A stretch of 32,000 bases of DNA from Ignicoccus islandicus DSM 13165 (GCF_001481685.1 NZ_CP006867.1:60001-92000), one strand, 5' to 3'; positions 15,730 through 25,675 are shown, numbered from the stretch's first letter. The notes: generated by a model not told the origin, from the letters alone. Numbers and translations are program-made.

Positions 15730-16158
15730 GATGTAGGTCCCGTCTTCAGTGTGAAGCAAGAGCGTTTTGAAATTACCCTTCACGTCGCCCTCGTAAACGT
15801 AGGTGTCTTTCGGTGCCTCCTTCCAATTCATTTCGTTTACGTTCGCTTCGGTCAAATTTTCGCTACTGACTGCCACTCTAAGTAATTTCGTGGGCCACTT
15901 AGCTAACGCGTATGAGCCCTTAACCTTTCCTAATACCGTTTTCTCGACTCTCCCCTCACTGGAACCCTTGATGTATTCTACTAATATATCATTCATAACG
16001 TCCATTTTTTCCATGGTTTCGATTAAGTCTTTTTGGAAGGACTTCATGTCCTTGAATTCGATAGATTTTTCCAGCGTGAGTACGCTTATTTTGACTCCAT
16101 TAACATCCAATTCCCTAACTCGATATATTCGCTTCCGTAGCTCCATCTTCTTCGCCAT
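15622..16158 (-). CDS. Hypothetical protein, 178 aa, with a low-complexity acidic/Gly-Ser C-terminal tail
   Basis: ATG start (MAKKMELRKR...) and balanced composition over the first ~145 aa. The tail KGKKGQSGSESSNEEEGEEGVGKGSNA is antisense to the third TM helix of the 101-aa ORF. Confidence 0.5.
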   Translation of the reverse strand: MAKKMELRKRIYRVRELDVNGVKISVLTLEKSIEFKDMKSFQKDLIETMEKMDVMNDILVEYIKGSSEGRVEKTVLGKVKGSYALAKWPTKLLRVAVSSENLTEANVNEMNWKEAPKDTYVYEGDVKGNFKTLLLHTEDGTYILFKETVQEKGKKGQSGSESSNEEEGEEGVGKGSNA

Positions 16159-16215
16159 TTAAGGTTTCCAAATTGCCCCTTCTAAACTAAAATACTTCTA
16201 TGTAACCTCTTCATA

Positions 16216-17043
16216 GTGAGAGCCTTGATAGATCCTGAAGTTTCGGTGAAGAATTACGCGCGAATCGGATGGTTAAAGGTAGTTGAATATTCAGAACCCC
16301 TCTTAAATGCGGCGAAGGTAATGGTAGAGAACAAGATTAGACACGTCCCAATAGTTTCAAATAAGAAACTTATAGGTATGCTATCAGTGAAAGACGTAAT
16401 TGATAAGTTAAACGCGTTAAACATGCCCGATTTACTTAAGTCGGAAGTCGGTAAGCTCGGAAGCGGAAAGGTAATAGCTTCTAAGCCCGATGAGCCCCTC
16501 TGGCTAGCATTGAAGGTAATGAAGGAAGCTGACGTAGGTGCCTTACCAATAGTTAATGAGGAGGGCGAGGTGATAGGCATATTCACTGAAAGGGACGTAG
16601 TAACGCAAATCGCTCCTGAAATAGAATGGGACAAGAGCGTAAAGGAAGTTGGATTAGAGAACCCGAAGACGGTTGAGTTGGGTACGCCAATACTCGACGT
16701 AATATCTCTTATGAATGAAATGAAGATTAGGCACGTCCCAGTTGTTGATAGCTCCGGTGCGGTTAAAGGTATGGTAACAGCTCTGGACGTTATAGGATAT
16801 GCCCTAGAGAACGATCGTTACAAGAAGGGAATAAGGATATTCGAAGACGCAGTAGATACAATAATGAAGCAACCAGTATTCGTCCGAGAGGACGCAACCC
16901 TCAACGAAGCACTAAACGTATTAGCTAACAGTAATTACGATTACGTTCTAATTGTTGGCGAAGACTTAAAGTTAAAGGAAATACTAACCGACAGAGATGT
17001 ACTGAGGATAACTGCAGATCTTATGGAAAAGTTACACGGTTAA
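16216..17043 (+). CDS. CBS-domain protein (four CBS repeats)
   Basis: Recurrent IRHVPIV/IRHVPVV ... G(M/I)(L/V)(S/T)..DV segments, four times in 275 aa. Confidence 0.8.
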   Translation: MRALIDPEVSVKNYARIGWLKVVEYSEPLLNAAKVMVENKIRHVPIVSNKKLIGMLSVKDVIDKLNALNMPDLLKSEVGKLGSGKVIASKPDEPLWLALKVMKEADVGALPIVNEEGEVIGIFTERDVVTQIAPEIEWDKSVKEVGLENPKTVELGTPILDVISLMNEMKIRHVPVVDSSGAVKGMVTALDVIGYALENDRYKKGIRIFEDAVDTIMKQPVFVREDATLNEALNVLANSNYDYVLIVGEDLKLKEILTDRDVLRITADLMEKLHG

Positions 17044-17123
17044 AAGCAATCTTATCTAACCATTAATATTAAGCTTATTTAATATATATCGAATTAAGTT
17101 TCCAATGGGAGGACCACAGCTCC

Positions 17124-18293
17124 ATGTTGGATAAACCCTTCGAAGTGAAATATCGACCTATTTCAATAAAAGATATTCTCAAGAATATGCATTCTGAAGC
17201 TAGCTTGAGTATGGACATGGCCTTCTACTCTATAATATATGGCGATAAAGACGTAGCTCAAGAAATAGAGAAAATTGATGAAAACGTAGACGAGGAGTTC
17301 AATCTATTGTCAATCCAGTTGATGATGGCTGCCAGAGATCTCGAAGACGCTAAGAAACTGTTACCGGCTCTTAGGTTGGGTGTGGCAATAGATACGGTTG
17401 TAGAGGCAGCTTCGGATATAGCGAGCACTGTCTTGAGGGGTTATACTTCGGGCGATGTCATCAAAGCCGCCCTGGAAATCACAGAAGAGATATACTTGAA
17501 GGTATCTATAGATTCCAAGCATAGCGATATGACCATTGAAGAGTTCGTTGAGAAGTACGGCGCTGTTGACGTTATTGCGCTTCGAAGCAGTGGCGTTCTA
17601 ATAATTAATCCATCGCCGGAAATACGGCTAAAGGTCGGCGATACCTTAATTCTGAGGGGCGATCGGGACGATATACTGAAAGTAGCCAAGGACTTCAACG
17701 TAAAAATAGAAATTCCCCAAGCAGATTTCGATGAAAAGGCAAGGGAACTAGCTCAAAGAATAGCTCTCTTAAAGAACTTGGCTGAACTATCCTTCGACCT
17801 AGCCGTTTACTCAATATTGTATCAAGATAAGATAGCTGCTGAGGAAGTATTAGAAATAGAGTCCTTCATAGACGAAGAATCCACGAAAATTGAAATGGAA
17901 GTAATGAACCACATAAAGTGTTCAGAAGAGATGTACGTCTCGACCGTTTTAATACGTAGTTTGGAGAAAGTAAGCGATGCGGCAACCAGGGTCGCTCAAT
18001 TGACGTTATCCAATAACGGCGTTCATCCAGTACTTAAGAGAATAAAGGAGGAAGGGGAAGAGAAGATACTAGTAGTTCTAGTAAAGGAAGATTGCGACAT
18101 GACCTTAGCTGAATTGGAAGACCTCCTAGAAGGTAACGTGTTAGCTATATACGTTCCCAACAGCTGGATACCGATACCTAACTTGAACACGAAATTGGAA
18201 AAAGGCATGAAAGTGCTTATGAAGATATACGACTCATCTGAAGACTTCTGGGAAAGGTTGGAGCAAATACGTTGTCCAATAGAAATTAGGTAG
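17124..18293 (+). CDS. Regulatory protein with duplicated PhoU-like plus TrkA-C (RCK-C) modules
   Basis: There are two half-repeats. The first has SLSMDMAFYSIIYGDKDVAQEIEKIDENVDEE and a TrkA-C-like LKVGDTLILRGDRDDILKV. The second has ELSFDLAVYSILYQDKIAAEEVLEIESFIDEE and LEKGMKVLMKIYDSSEDF. Confidence 0.62.
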   Translation: MLDKPFEVKYRPISIKDILKNMHSEASLSMDMAFYSIIYGDKDVAQEIEKIDENVDEEFNLLSIQLMMAARDLEDAKKLLPALRLGVAIDTVVEAASDIASTVLRGYTSGDVIKAALEITEEIYLKVSIDSKHSDMTIEEFVEKYGAVDVIALRSSGVLIINPSPEIRLKVGDTLILRGDRDDILKVAKDFNVKIEIPQADFDEKARELAQRIALLKNLAELSFDLAVYSILYQDKIAAEEVLEIESFIDEESTKIEMEVMNHIKCSEEMYVSTVLIRSLEKVSDAATRVAQLTLSNNGVHPVLKRIKEEGEEKILVVLVKEDCDMTLAELEDLLEGNVLAIYVPNSWIPIPNLNTKLEKGMKVLMKIYDSSEDFWERLEQIRCPIEIR

Positions 18294-19088
18294 TCAATAC
18301 CTCTTTCCAACCAGAATTAACCTTGGAGACGTCAAAGCGAACCTCGAACCGTTCCAATCGCCGTACGCCTCCATGGGTTCCCAACCGCTGTCTTTATACA
18401 ACTTCGCTAGTTCGTGAAGGGAATATAGCCTGAATTTGAGGGGTAAGTCAACTACTCTCTCTAGACCGCTCAATCCTCTCTTGTAAACGTGAATAACTGT
18501 ACTATCCATAGCAGTCCATGGATCGTACTTCGATTCAGCTATCATAACGTGATCTCCGTGCTCTATGGTCCAAGTATATTTCTCTTGGTAGTTCCTAGCC
18601 TTCAGAACGCTGTCTCTATTTTCGATGTCTATTAATAATAACGAGCTCTTCTTAGCTATCCATGCGAAACCTCTTAGAATAGATTTATCTACTTCATCAC
18701 CATAGAAGCCGAAGCTCGAGTACCACGAAAGGATCGCATCGAATCTTAGACCCCCAACTACCTCGGGTAAATTCCTTAAGTCTCCTACCACACACTTGGC
18801 CTTATCTTCTACGCCAGCCCTCATTATCCTCTCGTTCGCCTTCTCAACGAAATTGGGCGAAATATCTACTCCTATTACGTCGTATCCCAGTTCGGCCAAT
18901 GCAATAGTCATTCTCCCTATTCCGCATCCAGCATCGAGAATTAACCCCTTCCTTATTCCGTACTTCTTTAGCGTCTTGTGAACTAAGGCAGATTGAATTG
19001 AAGTATCTTGCCATACGGAAGGAGGCTCAACGAGTAGAGAAGAGTAGCTAAACCACCTAACCCACGTTTCCAATGACCAATCTTCCAA
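18294..19088 (-). CDS. Class I SAM-dependent methyltransferase
   Basis: Motif I ILDAGCGIGRMT, then DVIGVDIS and the acidic loop VVGDLRNL. 264 aa. Confidence 0.8.
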   Translation of the reverse strand: MEDWSLETWVRWFSYSSLLVEPPSVWQDTSIQSALVHKTLKKYGIRKGLILDAGCGIGRMTIALAELGYDVIGVDISPNFVEKANERIMRAGVEDKAKCVVGDLRNLPEVVGGLRFDAILSWYSSFGFYGDEVDKSILRGFAWIAKKSSLLLIDIENRDSVLKARNYQEKYTWTIEHGDHVMIAESKYDPWTAMDSTVIHVYKRGLSGLERVVDLPLKFRLYSLHELAKLYKDSGWEPMEAYGDWNGSRFALTSPRLILVGKRY

Positions 19089-19197
19089 GACGGCTTTCCC
19101 ATTACTTACACGGAGCGACTGTAATTAAGTAATAAAGTATATACAGCACAAACAAGTTTAAACCAAACTATACTGTGTAGTTAACGGGGCAGAACCC

Positions 19198-20331
19198 TTG
19201 AACCTATTGGAATACGAAGCCAAAGAGATAGCCAAGAAATACAAGATCCCTGTACCGGAAGGGGTTCTAATAGAAAGCCCTGATCAAGTATATGAGGCAA
19301 TAGACCGTCTCGGTTTACCAGTTGTATTGAAGGCCCAAGTACCAGTAGCTGGAAGAGGCAAGGCGGGCGGAGTTAAACTAGCTAAAGATGCTGATGAGGC
19401 TAGGGACATAGCCGAAGAACTCTTCGAGAAGGAGATAAAGGGATTCCCGGTTTATTCGATACTTGTAGAGAAAGCAGCTCAAATAGAAAGGGAACTCTAC
19501 CTATCCTTTGTACTAGATAGATCCAATAGGCAAGTAGTCATGTTGGCATCGGCTGAAGGTGGAATGGAAATTGAAGAGTTGGCTAAGGAGAAGCCCGAAG
19601 CAATAATTAAACTCCCTATAGAGCCCGAAATAGGTCTTAAATCTCATGAAGCTAGAATGGTTGGTAAGAAAATAGGTCTCTCAGGGAACCTACTTCGAAG
19701 TTTCGAAAACATAGCCAAGGCAATGTACCAAATATTTATGGATTACGATGCAGAGCTCGTGGAGAGCAATCCCCTAGCCGTAACTAGCGATGGCCTTAAG
19801 GCATTGGACTTCAGAATGATTATTGACGATAATTCGTTAATCAGGCACCCGGAGCTAGAGAGTTCGCGAGAGAGGGAGCTAAGGGGCGCGGAAAGGATTG
19901 CAGCCAGGAAAGGCTTCTTCTATGTTGAGCTTGATGGAAACATAGGCATAATTGGGAACGGTGCTGGTTTAACTATGGCCACCATGGACGTCGTAAAGTA
20001 TTACGGAGGAAATCCAGCTAACTTCTTAGATATAGGTGGGGGTGCAAGAAGGGATAGAGTTAAGGAAGCAGTCAAGGTTCTATTAGAAAATCCCAAGGTC
20101 AAGGTAATATTCGTCAACATCTTCGGAGGCATAACTCTAGCAAGCGAGGTTGCGTTAGGTATCGTGGACGCTCTCAATGAGAGCCCAGTGAAGAAGCCAA
20201 TAGTTGCTAGAATAGTTGGAACGGCGGAGGAAGAGGGAAGGAGGATATTGAAGGAAGCCGGAATACCTCTTTTTGATAGCATGGATGAGGCCGCTAAGTA
20301 TGCAGTTCAACTAGCTAAGTCCTCGGCTTAG
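19198..20331 (+). CDS. sucC: Succinyl-CoA synthetase (ADP-forming) beta subunit
   Basis: (M)[10 protein letters not shown] at the N-terminus from a TTG start, then the ATP-grasp motif [19 protein letters not shown] and [18 protein letters not shown]. Confidence 0.9.
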   Translation: MNLLEYEAKEIAKKYKIPVPEGVLIESPDQVYEAIDRLGLPVVLKAQVPVAGRGKAGGVKLAKDADEARDIAEELFEKEIKGFPVYSILVEKAAQIERELYLSFVLDRSNRQVVMLASAEGGMEIEELAKEKPEAIIKLPIEPEIGLKSHEARMVGKKIGLSGNLLRSFENIAKAMYQIFMDYDAELVESNPLAVTSDGLKALDFRMIIDDNSLIRHPELESSRERELRGAERIAARKGFFYVELDGNIGIIGNGAGLTMATMDVVKYYGGNPANFLDIGGGARRDRVKEAVKVLLENPKVKVIFVNIFGGITLASEVALGIVDALNESPVKKPIVARIVGTAEEEGRRILKEAGIPLFDSMDEAAKYAVQLAKSSA

Positions 20332-20345
20332 GAGGTGATGCGTTC

Positions 20346-21224
20346 ATGGTAGTGTTACTAGATGAAAACGCGAGAGTTCTAGTCCAAGGGATCACCGGTA
20401 GATACGGTAAATTCCATGCAGAACAAATGATGAAATACGGTACTAAGATATTAGCTGGAGTAACGCCCGGTAAGGGAGGTCAAGAAGTACTCGGCGTCCC
20501 AGTATTCGATACAGTAGCAGAGGCTAAAGAGAGGTTCCCCGAACTCAATGCCTCTATAATATTCGTGCCGGCAGGGGGAGCGGCCGATGCTATAATAGAG
20601 GCGGCTGATGCCGGAATGAAGTTAATAGTAGTCATAACGGAGGGAATACCCGTTCACGACGCCTTGAAGGCGATAAGATATGCAAGGAGAAAGGGATCAA
20701 CCGTTATAGGACCCAACTGCCCCGGAATAATAAGTCCCGGAAAGAGTAAGCTGGGTATAATGCCTCATCAGTACTTCGCGCCCGGCAGAATAGGGATAGT
20801 GTCTAGATCCGGTACCTTAACGTACGAGATCGCTTACCAACTCACCAAATCGGGATTAGGGCAAAGCACGGCCATAGGAATAGGAGGAGACCCGATAATA
20901 GGGCTAGACACAGTGGAAGCCGTAAGACTGTTCGATGAAGATCCAGATACCGACCTCATTGTAGTTATTGGAGAAATAGGAGGCGATGCTGAAGAGAGAC
21001 TGGCTCAAGTGATAAAGAGAGGGGAAATAAAGAAGCCAATAGTAGCTTACATTGCCGGGAGAACAGCACCTCCTGGAAAGAGAATGGGTCACGCGGGTGC
21101 GATAATAAGTATGGGAAGCGGCACAGCGGAAAGTAAAGTAAGAGCCCTAAGGGAAGCCGGCGTTCCCGTGGCAGATATACCGTCGCAAGTTGTCGACTTA
21201 GTTAAGGAAGTTCTGAAGAGGTAA
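20346..21224 (+). CDS. sucD: Succinyl-CoA synthetase alpha subunit
   Basis: [20 protein letters not shown] and SRSGTLTYE, with the phospho-histidine loop MGHAGAII. Confidence 0.92.
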   Translation: MVVLLDENARVLVQGITGRYGKFHAEQMMKYGTKILAGVTPGKGGQEVLGVPVFDTVAEAKERFPELNASIIFVPAGGAADAIIEAADAGMKLIVVITEGIPVHDALKAIRYARRKGSTVIGPNCPGIISPGKSKLGIMPHQYFAPGRIGIVSRSGTLTYEIAYQLTKSGLGQSTAIGIGGDPIIGLDTVEAVRLFDEDPDTDLIVVIGEIGGDAEERLAQVIKRGEIKKPIVAYIAGRTAPPGKRMGHAGAIISMGSGTAESKVRALREAGVPVADIPSQVVDLVKEVLKR

Positions 21225-21274
21225 TGTCGGAGCATTTTTACCCTTTGATTCGAGTTACGGAGGGTGATTGAGGA

Positions 21275-22510
21275 GTGATCGGAGACACGATCTGGGAATT
21301 CAGATCGCCCAGAAGCAAGTTCGGAGTTGGAGCATTCAACGAACTTAAATTCGAGATAGAAAGGATTGGATGCAAGAAACCCTTCTTGATAACGACCAAA
21401 GGATGGATAAAAAGGGGACTCTTAGATAGGATAAGGGAGATACTAGGGTTCGATATACCTTACTGGGATGGCGTTGAGCCGGAGCCCTCAGCGGAAAGCG
21501 TGGAAGAGGGAGCTAAGGCCTTTAGCCAATCCGATGCCGATTGCATTTTGGCAGTAGGGGGTGGTTCAGCACTAGATACTGCTAAGATAGTTAATCTCTT
21601 AGCTACTTACGGCGGAACCGTAAGGGACTACGTAGCGCCTCCCTATGGTAACGGTAAGCCCGTTCCCGGACCAGTCAAACCCATGATAGCCGTTCCTACA
21701 ACTGCAGGTACTGGAAGCGAGGTCACGAGCGTCGCAGTAGTTACGCTCAAGGCTGAGAACGTTAAAGTAGGTATAAGCTCAGATTACCTAAGACCCACTC
21801 TAGCCCTCTTGGATCCGGAATTAACTTTGAGCGTACCTCCTAAGATAACCGCTGATACTGGTATGGACGCATTGACGCACGCTGTCGAGTCTTACATTGC
21901 CAAACCGTATTGGGCTCGCGAGAAACCCGATGACCCATCTAAGAGACCAGTTTACGTCGGTTCCTATCCAGTTACCGAGGCGCTAGCAGAGAAAGCAATA
22001 GAGCTTATAGGAAAGTATTTGAGAAGGGCCGTCTATTGGGGTCAGACCGATATAGAAGCTAGAAGTGGAATGTTGTTAGCGAGCTATCTAGCCGGACTAT
22101 CGTTCGGTAATAGCGGAGTTGGGTTAGCCCACGCGGCCTCGTATCCGCTCGGTGGCAGGTTCAAGGTATCCCATGGGGAAGCAGTAGGTATACTTCTCCC
22201 CGCAGTACTGGAATACAATGCGCCAGCGAATTACCAGAAAGCTAAGAGAGTGGGTGAGTTACTTACTGGCACTAACTGCCCAGAGAGGACCCCAGAGGAT
22301 TGCGCTAAGTGGGCTGCCGATGAAATAAGGAAATTACAGAAGGACATAAAGTTCACTCCGGGCCTGGAGGCCGTAGGAGTAGTTGAGGAGGACCTTATAG
22401 AGATGGCTGAAGAGACTTTAAAGCAGAAGAGGTTGCTGGCAACTAACCCCAGACCAGTCGACGTTGAAGGAGTCATATGGGTGTATAAGAGAGCTATGAG
22501 GAACTACTAA
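21275..22510 (+). CDS. Iron-containing (group III) alcohol dehydrogenase; candidate succinic semialdehyde reductase / 4-hydroxybutyrate dehydrogenase
   Basis: GGGSALDTAKI, the metal ligands DTGMDALTHAVES, and LAHAASYPLGGRFKVSHGEAVG. It starts 50 nt downstream of sucD on the same strand. Confidence 0.85.
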   Translation: MIGDTIWEFRSPRSKFGVGAFNELKFEIERIGCKKPFLITTKGWIKRGLLDRIREILGFDIPYWDGVEPEPSAESVEEGAKAFSQSDADCILAVGGGSALDTAKIVNLLATYGGTVRDYVAPPYGNGKPVPGPVKPMIAVPTTAGTGSEVTSVAVVTLKAENVKVGISSDYLRPTLALLDPELTLSVPPKITADTGMDALTHAVESYIAKPYWAREKPDDPSKRPVYVGSYPVTEALAEKAIELIGKYLRRAVYWGQTDIEARSGMLLASYLAGLSFGNSGVGLAHAASYPLGGRFKVSHGEAVGILLPAVLEYNAPANYQKAKRVGELLTGTNCPERTPEDCAKWAADEIRKLQKDIKFTPGLEAVGVVEEDLIEMAEETLKQKRLLATNPRPVDVEGVIWVYKRAMRNY

Positions 22511-22511
22511 A

Positions 22512-23165
22512 TCACATTAACGCATCTACAGCAAGTATTGTAAGGAAGGAAATAAGAGGTATTGTTACGTTATCATCTATTTTACCTCCAAAGAACTCGA
22601 ATTTCTCTATTATGGCGGCAACTATTCCAGCTGCTATTCCAGGCACTCCGAGTATTGAGCCTATTGGTATGTTAACTATCAACATTGCTAGGTTACCTAT
22701 CCACGACTTCTCTCTACGCCTTAGCACGATACCTCGAACTATTCCAGTAACGCCATCGCCCAGAGCCATGAACGCTATCGGTACTACTCCATACCAAGGA
22801 TTGCCTAGGAGGTAACCCAAGAATAAGAGAAGCGTCGTCATTGCCGTGAAGTGTATCTCGTAGTCATCGGACTCGTTTTGGAACCATTCCATAATGTTGT
22901 TACTCTTACGCCTAATTAACAACGCGATCGTAACTCCCAGACTTAATGTAACTGGGATTACGAAGGAATCGTAAATTAGCGGAAAGAGAAGCACTGTCCC
23001 TCCTGCTAGTATGTGTATGATTTTTCTATTTATATATCTAACTAACTCCTCTCCATATATTTCCCTAAGCTTGCTGTAGTATATTTTCCTCGTCAAGTAT
23101 TTTATTACTATTGCGACCCATGAAATAAGTATTATTGTAATAACTGCTTCCTCGAGCATCGTCAA
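22512..23165 (-). CDS. Polytopic membrane protein of the CTP-dependent polyprenol (dolichol) kinase / cytidylyltransferase family
   Basis: A 217-aa protein with 6-7 TM helices. The motifs ALGDGVTGIVRG and REKSWIGNLAM resemble the GDxxA...KSxEGS motifs of that family. Confidence 0.5.
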   Translation of the reverse strand: MTMLEEAVITIILISWVAIVIKYLTRKIYYSKLREIYGEELVRYINRKIIHILAGGTVLLFPLIYDSFVIPVTLSLGVTIALLIRRKSNNIMEWFQNESDDYEIHFTAMTTLLLFLGYLLGNPWYGVVPIAFMALGDGVTGIVRGIVLRRREKSWIGNLAMLIVNIPIGSILGVPGIAAGIVAAIIEKFEFFGGKIDDNVTIPLISFLTILAVDALM

Positions 23166-23244
23166 CTTAGCTTAATTCACCATGGAACGTAATATTTGAA
23201 AATAATTAAAAGGGAAGATTCTAAAAAATTAGAAAGGGATTGCA

Positions 23245-24069
23245 ATGTTTATAGTACTTCTAAAGCTCCCGTTCTTGCTTACGTCTAATATGTTGGTTTC
23301 AGATAACTTCCTCTATATAGCAACCGGACCGCAATTAATTAAATACGATTTGATTAATCAGACTTCTCGCAATTATTATTATTTCGATAGGTGCGGATCG
23401 TTTGAGTGCTTTCCGTTTTGCGTAGGCAAGTTACGCGATTCGATAATACTCGGAACTTCAGGAGGATTGCTGTCCCTCTCGAACTCTACTTTCAACGTGA
23501 TTTCGAATAAACCAGTAACGTGGTGTGAGGACGTAATCACAGTTTCCGAAATATATAGGGATATGAGAAACGTGATTACCTATGGAGAAGCATTAGACGA
23601 GAATCTGAAGACCATATATAAGGGCTGTGCCGTCTATACGGCCTCGGGAGACTATTACTCTCTGGTTTGTAACGATACATACTACTTGAGAACGCCATAC
23701 GGTTCCATTAAGATAGACTCACCAGCTCTAATAACCAGAAGCAATGAGTACGTAGGCGTTCTCACCTTGAGTGGTAGAGTGATGATATTCAGAGGTAACG
23801 AGATAGCTTATCAAGGCCAGCTGCCAACTCCAACGCCGCCCTACTTCATTAACGCTAGTAACGGCGAATTCCTCCTAACTGGTGGAGGAAGGGTGTACCT
23901 ATGGAAGGACGGCAAACTTTACGCGTCCAATCTGACTAACGTGCTCCAAGCCGTTTGGTATGGGAATAACCTACTTGTAATGCAATTATCTAATAACGAA
24001 TTGATTATTGGATTGGTTAAAGACGTAGAATGGCGAGCTGTAGGCAAAAAGGTAACTAATCAGCCTTAG
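23245..24069 (+). CDS. Hypothetical secreted or membrane-anchored protein, 274 aa; possibly beta-propeller-like
   Basis: Hydrophobic N-terminus MFIVLLKLPFLL, a Cys cluster CGSFECFPFC, repeated beta-strand-like Y/G-rich segments and several N-x-S/T sequons. No family recognised. Confidence 0.5.
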   Translation: MFIVLLKLPFLLTSNMLVSDNFLYIATGPQLIKYDLINQTSRNYYYFDRCGSFECFPFCVGKLRDSIILGTSGGLLSLSNSTFNVISNKPVTWCEDVITVSEIYRDMRNVITYGEALDENLKTIYKGCAVYTASGDYYSLVCNDTYYLRTPYGSIKIDSPALITRSNEYVGVLTLSGRVMIFRGNEIAYQGQLPTPTPPYFINASNGEFLLTGGGRVYLWKDGKLYASNLTNVLQAVWYGNNLLVMQLSNNELIIGLVKDVEWRAVGKKVTNQP

Positions 24070-25562
24070 CCTTTCACGACGCCAAGTGGCCTTAGCTTAA
24101 CTACTAGTTTGCTTATTCCAACTTCATGTACTACCTTTACAACTCTGTCCACGTCTTTGTAGGCTCCCGGAGCCTCTTCCGCCACTACCCTAGCTTGGGC
24201 GGCCTTTACTACTACACCTTTACTACTGAGCTCTTGGATTACTTGGCTCGGTCTGTAGGTCCTAATTGCAGCCGCTCTCGAGAGCCACCTTCCGGCTCCG
24301 TGACAAGTGCTGAACCACGTTCTTGCACCTGTAGGCTGACCTACTAGTATGTAGCTGGCAGTTCCCATAGAGCCGGGTATTAGTACCGGTTGACCTATTC
24401 CTTGATAGTCGGAAGGTATCTCGGGATGACCTGGAGGGAAGGCTCTAGTGGCTCCCTTTCTGTGTACTATTAGCTTCCTCCTCTTTCCATCCACGTCGTG
24501 CTCTTCGAATTTAGCTATGTTGTGAGCTACGTCGTAAATTATGTGCATGTCCAAGTTCTCGGGATCGGTTTTGAAGACGTTCTTGAAGCTCTCCCTTACC
24601 CAGTGGGTAATCAACTGCCTGTTGGTCCACGCGTAGTTGGCAGCCGCACTCATCGCTTTGAAGTAATCTTGCGCTTCCGGAGTATTCCAAGGAACTGATG
24701 CCAACTCCCTATCCGGTACGTTGATGCCATATCTCTTCATAGCTCTCTCCATCTTTATTAGGTAATCGCTCGCCACTTGGTGCCCCAGACCTCTCGATCC
24801 AGTGTGGACCATCACTAGGACTTGGCCTTCATGGGTTATGCCCATTACCTTAGCCGCGTGCTCGTCGTAGATTTTCTCGACTACTTGAACTTCGAGGAAG
24901 TGGTTGCCGCTACCGAGAGTTCCTAACTGAGGCGCGCCCCTCATTTTGGCCCTTTGACTCACCTTACTAGCGTCAGCCGTCTTCATTCTCCCGTGTTCCT
25001 CTATGTGTTCCGGATCTTCGCTCCATCCGTAACCTCTTTCCACGGCCCAGTATACGCCTTCTTCCAACACTCGATCGAGCTCACTTATCGATAACCTCAC
25101 TTTACCGGTACTGCCTAAACCTGATGGTACGTTCCTGAAGAGTTCGTATACTAATTCCTTTATTTTAGGTCTGACGTCTTTCTCATCTAAGTTAGTCCTT
25201 AATACCCTCACTCCGCAGTTAATGTCGTAGCCTACTCCGCCGGGGGAGATGACTCCGTTTTCGTCAACTGCAGTAGCGGCGACGCCGCCTATGGGGAAGC
25301 CGTAACCTTGGTGACCATCTGGCATTACGAAGGAGGCCCTTTGAATGCCCGGCAAGCACGCCACGTTAGCTGCTTGATCGAGAGTCCTATCGCTCTTCAT
25401 TTTTTCGAGCAAGTACTCGTCCGCAAAGATTATTGCTGGGACTTTCATGCAGGGTTTAACTCCTTTTTCGATGAGCCACTCGTATTTACCTACCTTCTTG
25501 AGGGGTATGTTCGAAGACATTTTCGTCTTCCATTGATCCCTACGCACATAGGGGGTTTTCAA
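24066..25562 (-). CDS. rtcB: RNA-splicing ligase RtcB (3'-phosphate/5'-hydroxyl tRNA ligase)
   Basis: PDGHQGYGFPIGG, GYDINCGVR, GSGNHFLE, HTGSRGLGHQV and CHGAGR. There is no intein. The likely true start is ATG 25520 (MSSNIPLKK) rather than TTG 25562. Confidence 0.92.
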   Translation of the reverse strand: MKTPYVRRDQWKTKMSSNIPLKKVGKYEWLIEKGVKPCMKVPAIIFADEYLLEKMKSDRTLDQAANVACLPGIQRASFVMPDGHQGYGFPIGGVAATAVDENGVISPGGVGYDINCGVRVLRTNLDEKDVRPKIKELVYELFRNVPSGLGSTGKVRLSISELDRVLEEGVYWAVERGYGWSEDPEHIEEHGRMKTADASKVSQRAKMRGAPQLGTLGSGNHFLEVQVVEKIYDEHAAKVMGITHEGQVLVMVHTGSRGLGHQVASDYLIKMERAMKRYGINVPDRELASVPWNTPEAQDYFKAMSAAANYAWTNRQLITHWVRESFKNVFKTDPENLDMHIIYDVAHNIAKFEEHDVDGKRRKLIVHRKGATRAFPPGHPEIPSDYQGIGQPVLIPGSMGTASYILVGQPTGARTWFSTCHGAGRWLSRAAAIRTYRPSQVIQELSSKGVVVKAAQARVVAEEAPGAYKDVDRVVKVVHEVGISKLVVKLRPLGVVKG

Positions 25563-25675
25563 GTACTGGGCGTTACCTCCTTCGGGGACGAATCTAACTA
25601 CTGGTTAGGATTTCTCTAACTCGTTGATTAACTCTAGTTTTAGGCCCTCTCCTAATTTATTGCTGGGAGCCTTCT

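Noticed and set aside
24066-25562. A check of RtcB for an intein or interruption, which are common in archaeal RtcB genes.
   Set aside because: The length (about 484 aa from ATG 25520) and the contiguous conserved motifs show an uninterrupted gene.
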